Shown piece by piece: positions 26,150 through 37,400 of a stretch of DNA of 64,000 nt; positions within the stretch are counted from its first letter, which is position 1, and every line of letters starts with the position of its first letter. This DNA is from an uncultured Spirochaetia bacterium (GTDB taxonomy: Bacteria > Oederibacteriota > PGYV01 > Palsa-1178): contig CAZMGF010000008.1 of assembly GCA_964565765.1 (NCBI GenBank), positions 4,910-68,909 of the forward strand, read 5' to 3'. The position numbers and the translations under genes were made by a program. Under the pieces are notes generated by a model that saw nothing but the letters and a program-made list of their open reading frames with translations, was not told the origin of the DNA and searched no databases.

Positions 26150-27751
26150 ATGAGAGACTCTAAAATTTTGAAACCAACAACACACGTTATTGCGGCCATG
26201 TTTGCCGTGATATTTTTTACAACGGCGCTCCTTGCGGACGATGTCACGCCCACGGCGCAGCCCGCTGTAAAAAAGATACATAAGGTTAAAAAAGCAAAGC
26301 CGGTTGCGGCAACAGCCACGCCTGTTGCCCTGACGCAGACTGCGGCTCCGGAAGCTGTAACGCCTGCGGCATCACCAGCCTCGGTTACACAGGGCGCGGC
26401 GCAGAGTATTTCAGCATCCGCGATTGCTATCGCCCAGCCCTCAGTTCAGGTGGCAACTTCTTTGACATTTGAGGACTGCTATAAGATAGCCGCGGAAAAG
26501 AACCGCGATTTTAAAATAGCAAATCTTGATAAAACAATTTCCGAAGCCGAGCTTTCAAAGGCAGTGGCTTCGTTCGGGCCTTCAATAACATTATCAGGGT
26601 CATATGAACCTGAAAACGTGCAGGCTCCGCTTGTGATACCATACGGTTCGCCGGAATATGGAATATTCGCGGGGCTTTATCAGTCAGCAGGAATAACTCT
26701 GACAGCAGGGTCTCCGCTTTCACTTAGCCTCTATCCTTCATATTATTATATGTCGCGTGTAACGCTTACACAGCCGTTGTTCACATTTGGAAAGACATAT
26801 TTTGGTTTCAAGATGGCCGATGAAGCTTACAAGATAGCACAGATTAATTTCAAAAAGGCAAATGACAAACTTAACCTTGACGTTATAAACGCTTTTTACG
26901 GCGCACTTATCGCCCAGGAAATGGCAAACACACTTGAGGAAACAATGAAAGCCAACGAAGAATATTTAAGGATAACAAAGACAAAATATGACAACGGCCA
27001 GGCTTCCAATTTTGACGTCCTTCAGGCGCAGGTGCAGTATTCCAATTCCATACCAGACTACCAGAGGGCCGCTGACGGCGCCAAACTTTCGCTGGAATCA
27101 CTGAAAAACACACTCGGAATACCGCTTGACCAGCAGATACAGCTTTCAGGAACACCGGAATACAAGAAGCTGCAGTTTACATATGAAGAGCTTAAGAAAA
27201 AATTTGAGGACAACAACAGCGACAGGCAGATTACGGAACACGCGGCAAACCTGGCCGGATTTCAGAAAAATCTCCAGGAAGCAATGTTTCTTCCGAACAT
27301 AGCCCTTACCGCGAATTATAATTACACTTCAAGCGACCCGGCATTTCATCACGAGGCGTGGGACTGGCAGTCTTCATGGGACGTGGAAATCGGAATGCAG
27401 TGGAGCCTTTTTGACTCCTTCAAGAACGTGGCGTCCATGAAAGAGGCCAACGCGAATGATGAAAAGGCAAAGCTCAACAAGGAAAACGCGGACAACATGC
27501 TCACAATAGAGCTTGATTCACTTTACACATCACTCACACAGAACGGGCAGATAATCGAGGCCGCGGACGACCTCATAAAGACCGCTGAAGAGGGCTACAG
27601 GATAGCCAAAGAATCATACAAGAACGGGCTCATCCAGTCCGTCGACCTTTTAAACGCCGAGACGCAGATGCTGCGCGCGAAGATGAATTACCTCAACGCG
27701 CTCTTCAACTACATCACCACGGCGCAGAAGCTCAAGGATTTTGTAAACTAA
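26150..27751 (+). CDS. TolC-like outer-membrane factor of the RND efflux system
   Basis: SD aggaga before the ATG at 26150 (tracked start 26114 has no SD). Signal peptide. LTFEDCYKIAAEKNRDFKIANLDKTISEAEL is the OMF N-terminal repeat. Coiled-coil and beta-strand alternation throughout. Confidence 0.7.
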   Translation: MRDSKILKPTTHVIAAMFAVIFFTTALLADDVTPTAQPAVKKIHKVKKAKPVAATATPVALTQTAAPEAVTPAASPASVTQGAAQSISASAIAIAQPSVQVATSLTFEDCYKIAAEKNRDFKIANLDKTISEAELSKAVASFGPSITLSGSYEPENVQAPLVIPYGSPEYGIFAGLYQSAGITLTAGSPLSLSLYPSYYYMSRVTLTQPLFTFGKTYFGFKMADEAYKIAQINFKKANDKLNLDVINAFYGALIAQEMANTLEETMKANEEYLRITKTKYDNGQASNFDVLQAQVQYSNSIPDYQRAADGAKLSLESLKNTLGIPLDQQIQLSGTPEYKKLQFTYEELKKKFEDNNSDRQITEHAANLAGFQKNLQEAMFLPNIALTANYNYTSSDPAFHHEAWDWQSSWDVEIGMQWSLFDSFKNVASMKEANANDEKAKLNKENADNMLTIELDSLYTSLTQNGQIIEAADDLIKTAEEGYRIAKESYKNGLIQSVDLLNAETQMLRAKMNYLNALFNYITTAQKLKDFVN

Positions 27752-27787
27752 AAGTATGGATAATAAACGGGCAATACGGAGGGTTAA

Positions 27788-28714
27788 GTGAAGAGGACCT
27801 TTGATAAAAACGCGGTGCAGCATGCTGTTTTTGCGGCAGTCGTAATAATTGTATGCTTTATGCTGGTAAACTGCGCGAAAAAAGAGAAGGAAACTTCTTA
27901 CAGCGTCTCGGTTTATACCCTTGAAAAGCAAAAAGTTCCCCATATGATAACGGTTCAGGGGATACTTGAGGGCGATCCACAGGTGAAGGTATATCCGCAG
28001 GTGGCTGGTAAGTTCGTTAAAAACGCGGTTCCCGAGGGGGCCCGTGTGAATAAGGATGATGTTGTGGCTTATGTTGACCGCGACCAGATCGGATACAAAT
28101 ATGAGCTCGCTCCGGTAAAGGCGCCGATAGCCGGCGTTGTCACGAAACTGTATTTTATCGACAGGGGCGGCAAAGTGGACCAGCAATCTCCCGTGGCCGA
28201 GGTGGCCAACGAGGACAATATAAAGGTTGTATTTAATATAGGACAGGATGATCTTTTGAAGGTGAAAAAGGGGCAGAGCGCTCTTATATATTACGCCAAT
28301 GATTCGGCGCTTGCGGTATCCGGGACAGTTTCGTCGGTTCCGCCGGTTGTCAATATGGATATAATGGCGGGCACCATAATAGTGACTGGTTCCAATAAAT
28401 CAAAAATATTAAAAATAGGCATGTCGGTAAATGTCAGCATATTGACAGGTGTAAAGGAAAGTTATTTAATCCCTGAAAAGGCGATCCTTCAGAGTGATGA
28501 CGGGTTGTATGTGTTTGTTGACGCAGGCGGAAAAGCGGCCAGGGCAAAGGTTATTACCGGATACAGGTTAAATGATATGATAGAAATAGAAGGGCAATTT
28601 TCCGACGGGGACAGGATTGTAATCGACGGGAACTCGGGCCTATCTGACGGGGCCTTGCTGAATATAACAGCGGCGCAGGACCGTGAAAAACCGGCGGGCG
28701 GCGCACAAATTTAA
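27788..28714 (+). CDS. RND efflux periplasmic adaptor (membrane-fusion protein), copy 1
   Basis: N-terminal anchor, then the biotinyl/lipoyl-like hairpin EGDPQVKVYPQVAGKFV...DVVAYVDRD, beta-barrel and MP domains. Paralogous to 28782 and 33510. Confidence 0.7.
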   Translation: MKRTFDKNAVQHAVFAAVVIIVCFMLVNCAKKEKETSYSVSVYTLEKQKVPHMITVQGILEGDPQVKVYPQVAGKFVKNAVPEGARVNKDDVVAYVDRDQIGYKYELAPVKAPIAGVVTKLYFIDRGGKVDQQSPVAEVANEDNIKVVFNIGQDDLLKVKKGQSALIYYANDSALAVSGTVSSVPPVVNMDIMAGTIIVTGSNKSKILKIGMSVNVSILTGVKESYLIPEKAILQSDDGLYVFVDAGGKAARAKVITGYRLNDMIEIEGQFSDGDRIVIDGNSGLSDGALLNITAAQDREKPAGGAQI

Positions 28715-28781
28715 ATATTTTCAATAATCAATAATTATTGATTATTTTTTTTGCAAATCAGGCTCAAGAAGGCGGGACAAA

Positions 28782-29690
28782 ATGAACAGCACAAGGACAA
28801 CAATAAAAAACATAGTAATCATAATTTTGATAATACTTGCATGTATTATGGTGTTGAGAATAATCGCCAGTATAACAAGGAACAGTAAAAAATCCGTTGA
28901 GCTTATAAACAACGCAGGCTCTGTAAAAGCCGTATTTTCAAAGGTGCCCCATTATATTTCCGTGCAGTCCGTTGTCGAGGGCGACCCGCAGGTGAAGGTT
29001 TATCCGCAGGTGGAAGGAAAATTTGTCCGCAACGCGGTGGTTGAGGGAACAACAGTAAAAAAGGACCAGCCGCTTGTTTACATTGACAGGGACCAGGTGG
29101 GGGAAAATTTCGAGTATGCCGTTGTGTACGCGCCGGCGGCCGGGTTGGTGACGAAGTTTTATTATACGGACAGGGGCGCGATGATAAATCCGGAAAACGC
29201 AGTCGCTGAAGTGGCTGACGGGGAAAATATAAAAACAGTATTCAGCGTTAATCAGGAAGACCTTATGCTGCTTAAAAAAGGGCAGAAGGCAAGGATATCC
29301 TTTATAGGCGATGATTCAATTTCTGTGGAAGGCGTGGTTGAGCTTGCCCCGCCTGTAATTAATGAGGACACAATGGCAGGCTCCATTGTTGTTAAGGCCC
29401 CGAACACCGGCGGAAAAATGAAAATCGGCATGTCGGTGAATGTGGACGTGCTGACCGGCGAGACAGAATCAATCCTGGTGCCGGAGCAGGCCGTTCTGCT
29501 GGGGGACAACGGCGCGTATGTTTATATTAACGACAACGGCAAAGCTAAAACAGTAAATGTTGTCATGGGATACAAACAAAATAATGATGTTGAGATATCC
29601 GGGCCCGGGCTTAAGGCAGGGGACGAAATAATTACCGACGGAAGTTTCAAGCTTTCAGACGGCGTAAAAGTGAGCACAATTCTCAAATAA
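28782..29690 (+). CDS. RND efflux periplasmic adaptor, copy 2 (tandem paralog)
   Basis: Same architecture and motif (EGDPQVKVYPQVEGKFV...PLVYIDRD). Confidence 0.7.
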   Translation: MNSTRTTIKNIVIIILIILACIMVLRIIASITRNSKKSVELINNAGSVKAVFSKVPHYISVQSVVEGDPQVKVYPQVEGKFVRNAVVEGTTVKKDQPLVYIDRDQVGENFEYAVVYAPAAGLVTKFYYTDRGAMINPENAVAEVADGENIKTVFSVNQEDLMLLKKGQKARISFIGDDSISVEGVVELAPPVINEDTMAGSIVVKAPNTGGKMKIGMSVNVDVLTGETESILVPEQAVLLGDNGAYVYINDNGKAKTVNVVMGYKQNNDVEISGPGLKAGDEIITDGSFKLSDGVKVSTILK

Positions 29691-29771
29691 AGAGCGTGAT
29701 AAGCAGAACTTGAACAAAGCAGTTTTTGTTTCTTTAAAAAATGATAAAAGAACACATACAGGAGTGAAATA

Positions 29772-32700
29772 ATGAATATAGCGGGATTGGCGATAAAAAG
29801 GCCGGTTTTAATAGTAATGATGGTTGTCACTATTATAACCCTTGGCATTATAGGTTTAATGAATCTTCCGGTTGACCAGTTTCCTGACATATCATTTCCT
29901 ACGGTCAATGTAACGGTATCATATCCGGGCGCGTCGGCAGAGGAGATGGAAACGCTTGTAAGCAAACCCTTTGAGGACGCTTTCGCCACGCTTGAGGGAA
30001 TTGACACAGTGAGCTCGACCTCAATGGAAGGCGCTTCTTTTGTAAGCGCGCAGTTTAAGCTGGGGTTTGATGTAAAGTACGCCGAGGCAAATGTCCGCGA
30101 CAAGGTCACAGCAGTAAAGCCGCTGCTGCCAAAAGACGTAAACGAGCCGGTCATCTCAAGATTTGCTTTCACTGACATTCCAATACTATTTTATTCCGTA
30201 GAGGGCAACAGCGACCAGACATCAATCAGCGAATTTATTGAGGACAAGCTTCAGCCGCAGATAGAGCAGGTTGAGGGGGTTGCCTCGGTTTCAATAATGG
30301 GTGGAAGGAAAAGAATAGTAAAAATTACAGTGGACAAAGCGCTGCTTCAGGCGAAGGACCTTAATATAAATTCCATAATTGGCGCGGTAAATTCCAGGAA
30401 CCTTAATTATCCCGTAGGCGTTGTGGATGGCCCCATAAAGGATATGACCTTCAGGGTGGTCGGCGAATTTAAGGATTTAAAACAAATAGAGGATATGCCG
30501 GTCACCTCCTCAGGCGGAAAGATAGTCAGGCTCGGGGACATTGCAAAAGTGGACTGGACCATAGAAAGGGAAACTGAAATACTTCATGTTAATAAAAGGC
30601 CGGCAGTGCTCTTCGCAATTTTTAAACAGTCCGGCACAAATACGATTTCCGTAGCCGATAAAGTTGAAAGCAGGCTCAAACAGCTTGAAAAAGACGGGGT
30701 TATCCCCAAGGACCTGAAGATCAAGTCGGTCATAGACATGACCGGAGGCATCAGGCGCAGCACCGAAGGCGTTGAGGAAAACATGCTCCTTGGCGCGCTG
30801 CTTGCCGTATTAATTGTTTATCTCTTCCTTGGAAATTTCCGTTCCGCCATAATCACGGCCGTGGCGCTGCCGAATTCAATACTCGGGGCGTTTTTTCTGA
30901 TTTACATTTCCGGATTTTCAATAAATGTCATAACCCTCCTTTCCCTGTCGCTTGCCGTCGGGCTGCTTATAGACGATTCCATAGTTGTGCGCGAAAATAT
31001 ATTCAGGCATATAGAGATGGGCATGGACCCGAAAGAGGCCGCGGAAAAAGGGACCAACGAAGTCGCGCTTGCGGTAATTTCCACAACGCTTTCAATAATG
31101 GCAGTGTTCCTGCCTATATCATTTTTAACAGGCGTCATAGGGCAATTTTTTAAGCAGTTCGGGTTTACCGTGGCTTTTGCCCTGGGCATATCACTGCTTG
31201 ACGCCTTTACTACGGCCCCCATGCTTTCCGCCTACTGGTACAAAAAAGAGGGCAACAAACCGAAACAGGGATTTTCCAAACTTATGCACGGCCTCTCGCT
31301 CAAATGGAACGATTTCTACGAAGAACTTAAAAAAATATATATTGATATATTAAAATGGGCTCTTGCGAGGAAGAAGATGGTTATTATAACGGCTGTAGGG
31401 CTGCTTGTTTTCAGCTTATGCCTTGTGCCGTTTATAGGCATGGGATTTATGAACCAGAACACGCCTGTCATGACCATAAGTTTTGAAACTTATCCCGGCG
31501 CCCATGTAACAAACACAGCTTTTTATATGGGCAAGGTGGAGGATTTTATATCCAAACTGCCGGAAGTTGACACTTATTATGTAGACGCCGGAGGCTCTTC
31601 CGGGCTTTTTGGTTCGTCCGGCAGCAACGGCAATATAGGCACTATCATGCTTTCACTGGTGCCGGTAAGCAAAAGAAACCTTTCACTCGACCAGATATCA
31701 CAGAAAATAAGGGACTATGTAAGGAAGCAGAGAATCGACAGTTTTGTAAACGTCACAACAGGCTCGGGCGGCGGCGGAGGTAATGAGGATTTTTCAACGC
31801 CCCTGCTCGTAAAGATATACGGATATGATTTAAGCGCGCTTGGAAAACTCGGCGCGCAGGTGAAAAGAATAATGCAGGAAACTCCGGGCACGGCCGACGC
31901 GGATATGTCGCTTAAACCAGGCAAGCCTGAAATGGTGCTGCGGGTTGATCCTGTAAAATCGGCGACGCTTGGAGTTTCAACAAACGACGTGGGAGAGCTG
32001 CTCAGGACCCTGATTGCCGGTGAGGCAATATCAAAATACCGCAGGGGAGAAAAAGAATACGACATTACTATGGAATTAAACGACAGGAACAAGCGTGTCC
32101 CTGATGATATAAAAACAATACTTATAACGAATCAGGCGGGAAAGAAAATACCGCTTTCCGCGGTGTGTTCTTTCACATATTCCTCGGGCCCTGTTCACGT
32201 GGACAGGGAAGATAAAATGAGGATAGTCAAGATTTCAGCGTCGCTTGCCCCTGGATATTCCGTTATAGAGGTTAAAAATAAGATTGAGGCAAGGCTGAAA
32301 AAGGAACTTGTCATGCCGGCGGGTTACAAATATACCTTCGGCGGGCAGAGCAAGGAATTCATGGATATGGGGCTTCAGATGGCAGGCGCCATGCTGCTGG
32401 CGGTGCTTTTTATGTATATGATACTGGCGTCGCTTTATAATTCCTTTACTCAGCCGCTTATACTTATGACCGCAGTGCCGCTTGCTTTGATAGGCGCGTT
32501 CATAGGGCTGCTCATCACGGGCTATCAGCTTGACCTGTTCGGTTTTATAGGGCTGCTCATGGTGCTCGGACTTGTGGCGAAAAACGGGATCCTTCTCCTT
32601 GATTTTACCAACAAAATGAGGGATGAGGGCATGAGCATAAGGGAAGCGCTTATGCACGCGGCGCCTATACGTTTAAGGCCGATTTTGATGACAACTTTTG

Positions 32701-32912
32701 CCATGATATTCGGGATGCTCCCCATAGCGATGTCGCTGGGCGAAGGGGCCAAAGGCAATGAGTCGCTCGCCGTGGTTGTAATCGGCGGATTAATAACATC
32801 AACATTCCTTACGCTTGTGGTCGTGCCGGTGGTATATGAATGGGCGGAATCACACAGCCTGCCCAAACCAAAAGATTTTTTAAAGTCAAAAACGAGGAAA
32901 AAAACAAAATAA
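29772..32912 (+). CDS. RND efflux transporter permease (AcrB/CzcA superfamily), 1046 aa
   Basis: 12-TM, two-large-loop architecture. Conserved TM4 region SLAVGLLIDDSIVVRENIFRH and the C-terminal half MTAVPLALIGAFIGLLITG. Confidence 0.9.
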   Translation: MNIAGLAIKRPVLIVMMVVTIITLGIIGLMNLPVDQFPDISFPTVNVTVSYPGASAEEMETLVSKPFEDAFATLEGIDTVSSTSMEGASFVSAQFKLGFDVKYAEANVRDKVTAVKPLLPKDVNEPVISRFAFTDIPILFYSVEGNSDQTSISEFIEDKLQPQIEQVEGVASVSIMGGRKRIVKITVDKALLQAKDLNINSIIGAVNSRNLNYPVGVVDGPIKDMTFRVVGEFKDLKQIEDMPVTSSGGKIVRLGDIAKVDWTIERETEILHVNKRPAVLFAIFKQSGTNTISVADKVESRLKQLEKDGVIPKDLKIKSVIDMTGGIRRSTEGVEENMLLGALLAVLIVYLFLGNFRSAIITAVALPNSILGAFFLIYISGFSINVITLLSLSLAVGLLIDDSIVVRENIFRHIEMGMDPKEAAEKGTNEVALAVISTTLSIMAVFLPISFLTGVIGQFFKQFGFTVAFALGISLLDAFTTAPMLSAYWYKKEGNKPKQGFSKLMHGLSLKWNDFYEELKKIYIDILKWALARKKMVIITAVGLLVFSLCLVPFIGMGFMNQNTPVMTISFETYPGAHVTNTAFYMGKVEDFISKLPEVDTYYVDAGGSSGLFGSSGSNGNIGTIMLSLVPVSKRNLSLDQISQKIRDYVRKQRIDSFVNVTTGSGGGGGNEDFSTPLLVKIYGYDLSALGKLGAQVKRIMQETPGTADADMSLKPGKPEMVLRVDPVKSATLGVSTNDVGELLRTLIAGEAISKYRRGEKEYDITMELNDRNKRVPDDIKTILITNQAGKKIPLSAVCSFTYSSGPVHVDREDKMRIVKISASLAPGYSVIEVKNKIEARLKKELVMPAGYKYTFGGQSKEFMDMGLQMAGAMLLAVLFMYMILASLYNSFTQPLILMTAVPLALIGAFIGLLITGYQLDLFGFIGLLMVLGLVAKNGILLLDFTNKMRDEGMSIREALMHAAPIRLRPILMTTFAMIFGMLPIAMSLGEGAKGNESLAVVVIGGLITSTFLTLVVVPVVYEWAESHSLPKPKDFLKSKTRKKTK

Positions 32913-32928
32913 GCCGTTTTAAATTTAT

Positions 32929-32957
32929 GGGGCGCGGGAAACCGCGCCTTTTTCTTA
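32929..32957 (+). terminator. rho-independent terminator
   Basis: ggcgcgg-gaaa-ccgcgcc stem-loop followed by tttttctt. Confidence 0.7.
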
Positions 32958-32976
32958 TATAACCCCTGAAAAAAAC

Positions 32977-33025
32977 TTGATTTATTACCGGATTAATTAT
33001 ATACTTAGCCTTGCCTAAATATTAA
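32977..33025 (+). promoter_or_regulatory. sigma-70-type promoter (TTGATT-N17-TATACT) with operator-like motif TTAGCCTTGCCTAAATATTAA
   Basis: Promoter hexamers at 32977-32982 and 33000-33005. The downstream motif shares TTAG..TTGCCTAA.TATTA with the first marR promoter region. Confidence 0.45.
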
Positions 33026-33051
33026 CCCTTACTAATGAAAAGGAGCCTGAT

Positions 33052-33513
33052 TTGGATAAAAAAAAGGAAGCAGAGGCCATATTCAACCACATAGTGGACA
33101 TAGTGCGCGCGGTCAGGTCAAATAAAAAGATAGAGATATTCCGCGGCGGAATGGAAAAACTTACTTTCGCGCAGATAGTCGCCTTATATTTTCTTTATGA
33201 TTCATCCGGCATGACAATGGGGGAACTATCAACATGCGCCAGCGTTAAAATGCCTACTATGACGGATATCATGTCAGCGCTTGTAACAGATGGTTATGCC
33301 GCAAGAAAACATTCCGAAAAAGACAGGCGCAAGGTAATTATGACCCTTACAGAAAAAGGAAAGAAGCTTGTTGAATATAACAGGGGCATCGGCATTGATT
33401 ATATTGAAAAGTTCATGTCCAATTTAAACCATGTGGAACGCGGGATAGCAAATGTGCTTGTGAAAAGGACAAAGGAAATCCTCACAAAAAGATTTGAGAA
33501 GGAGAAAAAATGA
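33052..33513 (+). CDS. MarR-family transcriptional regulator (second copy)
   Basis: ...FAQIVALYFLYDSSGMTMGELSTCASVKMPTMTDIMSALVTDGYAARKHSEKDRRKVIMTLTEKG... Confidence 0.85.
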   Translation: MDKKKEAEAIFNHIVDIVRAVRSNKKIEIFRGGMEKLTFAQIVALYFLYDSSGMTMGELSTCASVKMPTMTDIMSALVTDGYAARKHSEKDRRKVIMTLTEKGKKLVEYNRGIGIDYIEKFMSNLNHVERGIANVLVKRTKEILTKRFEKEKK

Positions 33514-34406
33514 AAATAGAATCCGTAAAAAAATGGGCCATGGCCGCGCTTGTTATATTTCTGGCCGCGGCTGTATTCTGGATAGTTGTGAAGCTGTTAA
33601 AATCCTCCGCAAAAGTGGAAGAGAAGGTGATAAAAGTTTCCGGCATCAGGGCGGAGTTGAAAGATATAAATGAGACTGTTGTAATTCAGGGAATTGCCGA
33701 AGGCGACCCCCAGATAAAAATATACCCGGCTGTTTCAGGAAAATTTGAGCGTGTGGCGGCAAAAGAAGGAAGTTCCGTAAAAAAAGACGACACTATACTT
33801 TTTATAGACCGCGATATCGTCGGCATGGATTTCCAGCTGGCACCCATAAAATCGCCGGTAAACGGTATTGTTACAAAAATTTATTACTCCGACAAAGGGG
33901 CCGCGGTTTCACCGCAGAACCCTGTGGCTGAAGTGGCCGACCCGGACAATGTGAAAGTCATCCTGCATACCGGGGAAGAGGAAATGGTAAAGGTAAAAAG
34001 CGGCATGTCCGCTGAAATAAAGCCGGTATATGGAGAAGCGGCGCCGGTAAAAGCTTCTGTATATTCCTGCACCCCTTTCATTGACACTGATACAATGTCC
34101 GGCACCATTATAGTAAAAGGAAGCAACCCCGGCCGCGGGATAAAACCCGGAATGTCGGTGGAGGTTACGATTAATACGGCAGTGAGGAAAAGCATAATGC
34201 TTCCTGAAAGCGCGGTTTTAATGGGCGAGGGCAAGGCATATGTTTATGTCAACGACAGCGGGAAAGCAAAGAGCGTTGATGTTGAGCTTGGATATATGGC
34301 GGGTGATGAGGTTGAGATAAAAAGCGGCATTACCGAAGGCGCGGACGTGGTTACCGATGGAAATTTTAAGTTGAGCGACGGCGCCAGAATCAGCGAAGAA
34401 AAATAA
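33510..34406 (+). CDS. RND efflux periplasmic adaptor, copy 3
   Basis: EGDPQIKIYPAVSGKFE...DTILFIDRD, the same architecture as 27788 and 28782. The start overlaps the marR stop. Confidence 0.7.
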   Translation: MKIESVKKWAMAALVIFLAAAVFWIVVKLLKSSAKVEEKVIKVSGIRAELKDINETVVIQGIAEGDPQIKIYPAVSGKFERVAAKEGSSVKKDDTILFIDRDIVGMDFQLAPIKSPVNGIVTKIYYSDKGAAVSPQNPVAEVADPDNVKVILHTGEEEMVKVKSGMSAEIKPVYGEAAPVKASVYSCTPFIDTDTMSGTIIVKGSNPGRGIKPGMSVEVTINTAVRKSIMLPESAVLMGEGKAYVYVNDSGKAKSVDVELGYMAGDEVEIKSGITEGADVVTDGNFKLSDGARISEEK

Positions 34407-34423
34407 GAGGAGCACTTTAAATC

Positions 34424-37400
34424 ATGAATATCGCGGAGATGGCAATAAAGCGCCCCATATTTGTCATAATGATAGTGGCGTCTATAATAACACTCGGGTT
34501 GATCGGTTATACCTCCATGGGCGTTGATATGCTGCCCGACATTGAATACCCGACAATATCAGTGACCACTGTTTATGCCGGAGCTTCCGCGGAAGAGATA
34601 GAAAATCTTGTTACAAAACCACTTGAGGACGCGCTTGCCGTTGTTGAGGGGCTCGACACACTTTCTTCCACATCTGATGAATCGGTTTCTGTAATAACCG
34701 CGAAATTTAACCTTGGCGCGGATGTTAAATACGCCGAGACAAGGGTGCGCGACGCCGTAAATAAGGCGAAATGGAAGCTGCCTGACGACGCCAAGGAGCC
34801 CTCTGTCGAGCGTTTTTCAGCCGCCGAATGGATACCGGTCATTGCCATGACAGTAAAGGGGAACCGGGATCTTGCGGGCCTAAAAGAAATAGTTGACGAC
34901 AGCATAAAACCTGAAATTGAAAAAATAAAAGGTGTCGGCAGGGTTGACCTGTGGGGCGGCCGCGACAGGGCGGTAAAAATAACAATAAACAAATCGGCTC
35001 TTTTCGCCAGGATGATATCATTTAATCAGGTAATAGAGGCAATCGACAGGGAAAACCTGAACATACCCGCGGGTTCCATTGAAAACACAAAAAGAAGCAT
35101 TGACGTCCGGGTAAAGGGAAGGTTTGACTCCATTCCTGAGATAGAGAATGTTTCAATGAAGGCCGCAAACGGCGCAATTGTCAGGATAAAGGATATAGCA
35201 AACGTAACTTTTGGTTTAAAGGATGAAGAACGGCGCACCAGGGTGGATGGTGAGAACGGCCTTATTTTCGGGGTATACAAACAGTCCGGTGAAAACAGCG
35301 TTGAAATAGCAAGGATAGTAAAAAGTAAAATGAAGGATATAAACGCGAAGCTGCCCCCGGGAATAAGGTTTGATGTATTCAGGGATCCGACACATTACGT
35401 CGAACAGTCCATAGAGGGGCTGCAGGGCGACATCCTGATAGGCGCGCTATGCGCCATAATCATAGTATGGCTCTTTCTCGGCTCATTCCGCTCAACTATT
35501 ATAACGGCAATTGCCCTTCCAAATTCTCTTCTTGGCGCCTTCTTTTTCATCAATGCCGCCGGATTTACAATTAATATGATGGTGCTTCTCGCCCTCTCGC
35601 TTTCAATAGGGTTATTAATAGATGATTCCATAGTTGTCCGTGAAAATATTTTCAGGTACATCGAAGGCGGTATGGACCCGAAAAAGGCGGCTGTAAAAGG
35701 GACAAACGAAGTCGCCCTTGCCGTCATCGCCACGACTGCCTCTATTATGGCCGTCTTCATACCGATATCATTCCTGCACGGCGTTGTGGGGCAATTTTTC
35801 AAGCAGTTCGGTTTTACAATAGCCTTTGCCCTTACAATTTCACTCATTGACGCCTTCACAACAGCTCCAATGCTTTCGGCCTACTGGTGGAAAAAAGAAG
35901 ACTCCGGGAAAAACACAAAAGGCGCATCATCGGTTTTTCATGCCATACATGAAAAATGGGAAGAAATTTATGAAGGCATAAAGGAAGTTTATACACAGCT
36001 ATTAAACTGGGCCCTTGACCATAAAAAAAGCGTGATATTCGGGACGCTCGGGCTTCTGGCCGTATCCGGGCTAGCTGTCATGTTCATAGGTGTGGCATTT
36101 ATGCCCGATTCCGATTACAGCGAGATAGAGTATACAATTGAATGCAGGCCGGACGCCACCATCGACGTTGTGGACGCAAAATTAAAAATGGTCGAGGCAT
36201 ATTTAAAGACCGTACCCGACATAGAGGAGTATTATGTTGTGGCAGGCGGTGAGGGAAGCAGGGGAACGGCAAGTAAAAACGTGGGCTCTATTTTCGCCAG
36301 GATAAAAAAAGGGGGCAGGAAATCCACGCCCGCAGGACTTGAGGAGTACAAAAAGATAAGCGCTATAATAGGAAAAGACGCCCTTTTAATCCTGCAGGAC
36401 AGCGGTTCCGGCCAGGTGCTGTCGGGCGGCGGCGATACATTCGCGATAACAATAAATATAACGGGTGATGATATAAAAGTTATTGATTCCATTGCGGACT
36501 CCATCAAGAAAGAGGCGGAAAAGACACCGGGTGTGGCCGACCTGGACACATCTTTCAGGCCGGGTAAGCCCGAGATATCTGTAAAGGTTGACAGGCTCAA
36601 GGCGTCAAAACTCGGCCTTTCCACATACGAAATAGGAGAGATTCTTAATATGCTCATTAATGGGAAGGAAATCGCCCAGTACAGGAAAGGCGAAAAGGAA
36701 TATCCGATAATAATGCAGCTTCCTGAAAATGAAAGGCAGGAGATAAATTCACTGAACGACATAATGCTCACAAACAGCGCGGGGTTGAAAATACCCCTTT
36801 CAGCCGTCGCCAGATTTGAGTTCGGCTCAGGGCCCGTTGAGATAAAAAGGGAAAATAAAAAGAGGATAGTCAAGGTTACCGGAAATGTCAGGGAAAAATA
36901 CTCACTTGGCGATGTTGTGAACGCCCTTAAAAAAAATATAAAGCAGAATGTAAAAATACCTTATGGATATGATTACAGCTTCGGCGGCCAGGCCTCACAG
37001 CTTAACGACACCATAACCGAGATGGGCACCGCCATGCTTCTGGCCCTGCTTTTTATGTATATGATACTTGCCTCGCTTTATAATTCCCTGGTGCAGCCGC
37101 TTATACTTATGATATCCGTGCCTCTGGCAATTATCGGGGCGTTCCTAGCCCTGCTTGTAACCGGGCAGCAGCTGGACCTGATGGCCATGATAGGTATTTT
37201 AATGGTGCTCGGCCTTGTGGCGAAGAACGGCATACTTTTGATAGATTTCACAAACCAGAAAATAGCGCAGGGGATGAGCGCAAGGGAAGCGCTGACACAC
37301 GCCGGCCCGATACGCTTAAGGCCGATTCTTATGACAACTTTTGCCATGATTTTCGGTATGCTGCCTCTCGCCTTTGGTTTTGGAGAATCGGTAATAATGG

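Noticed and set aside
29522-30178. 218-aa minus-strand ORF overlapping the 5' end of the RND pump gene
   Set aside because: Antisense to a highly conserved AcrB-family coding region. Ser/Thr-rich, with no motifs.
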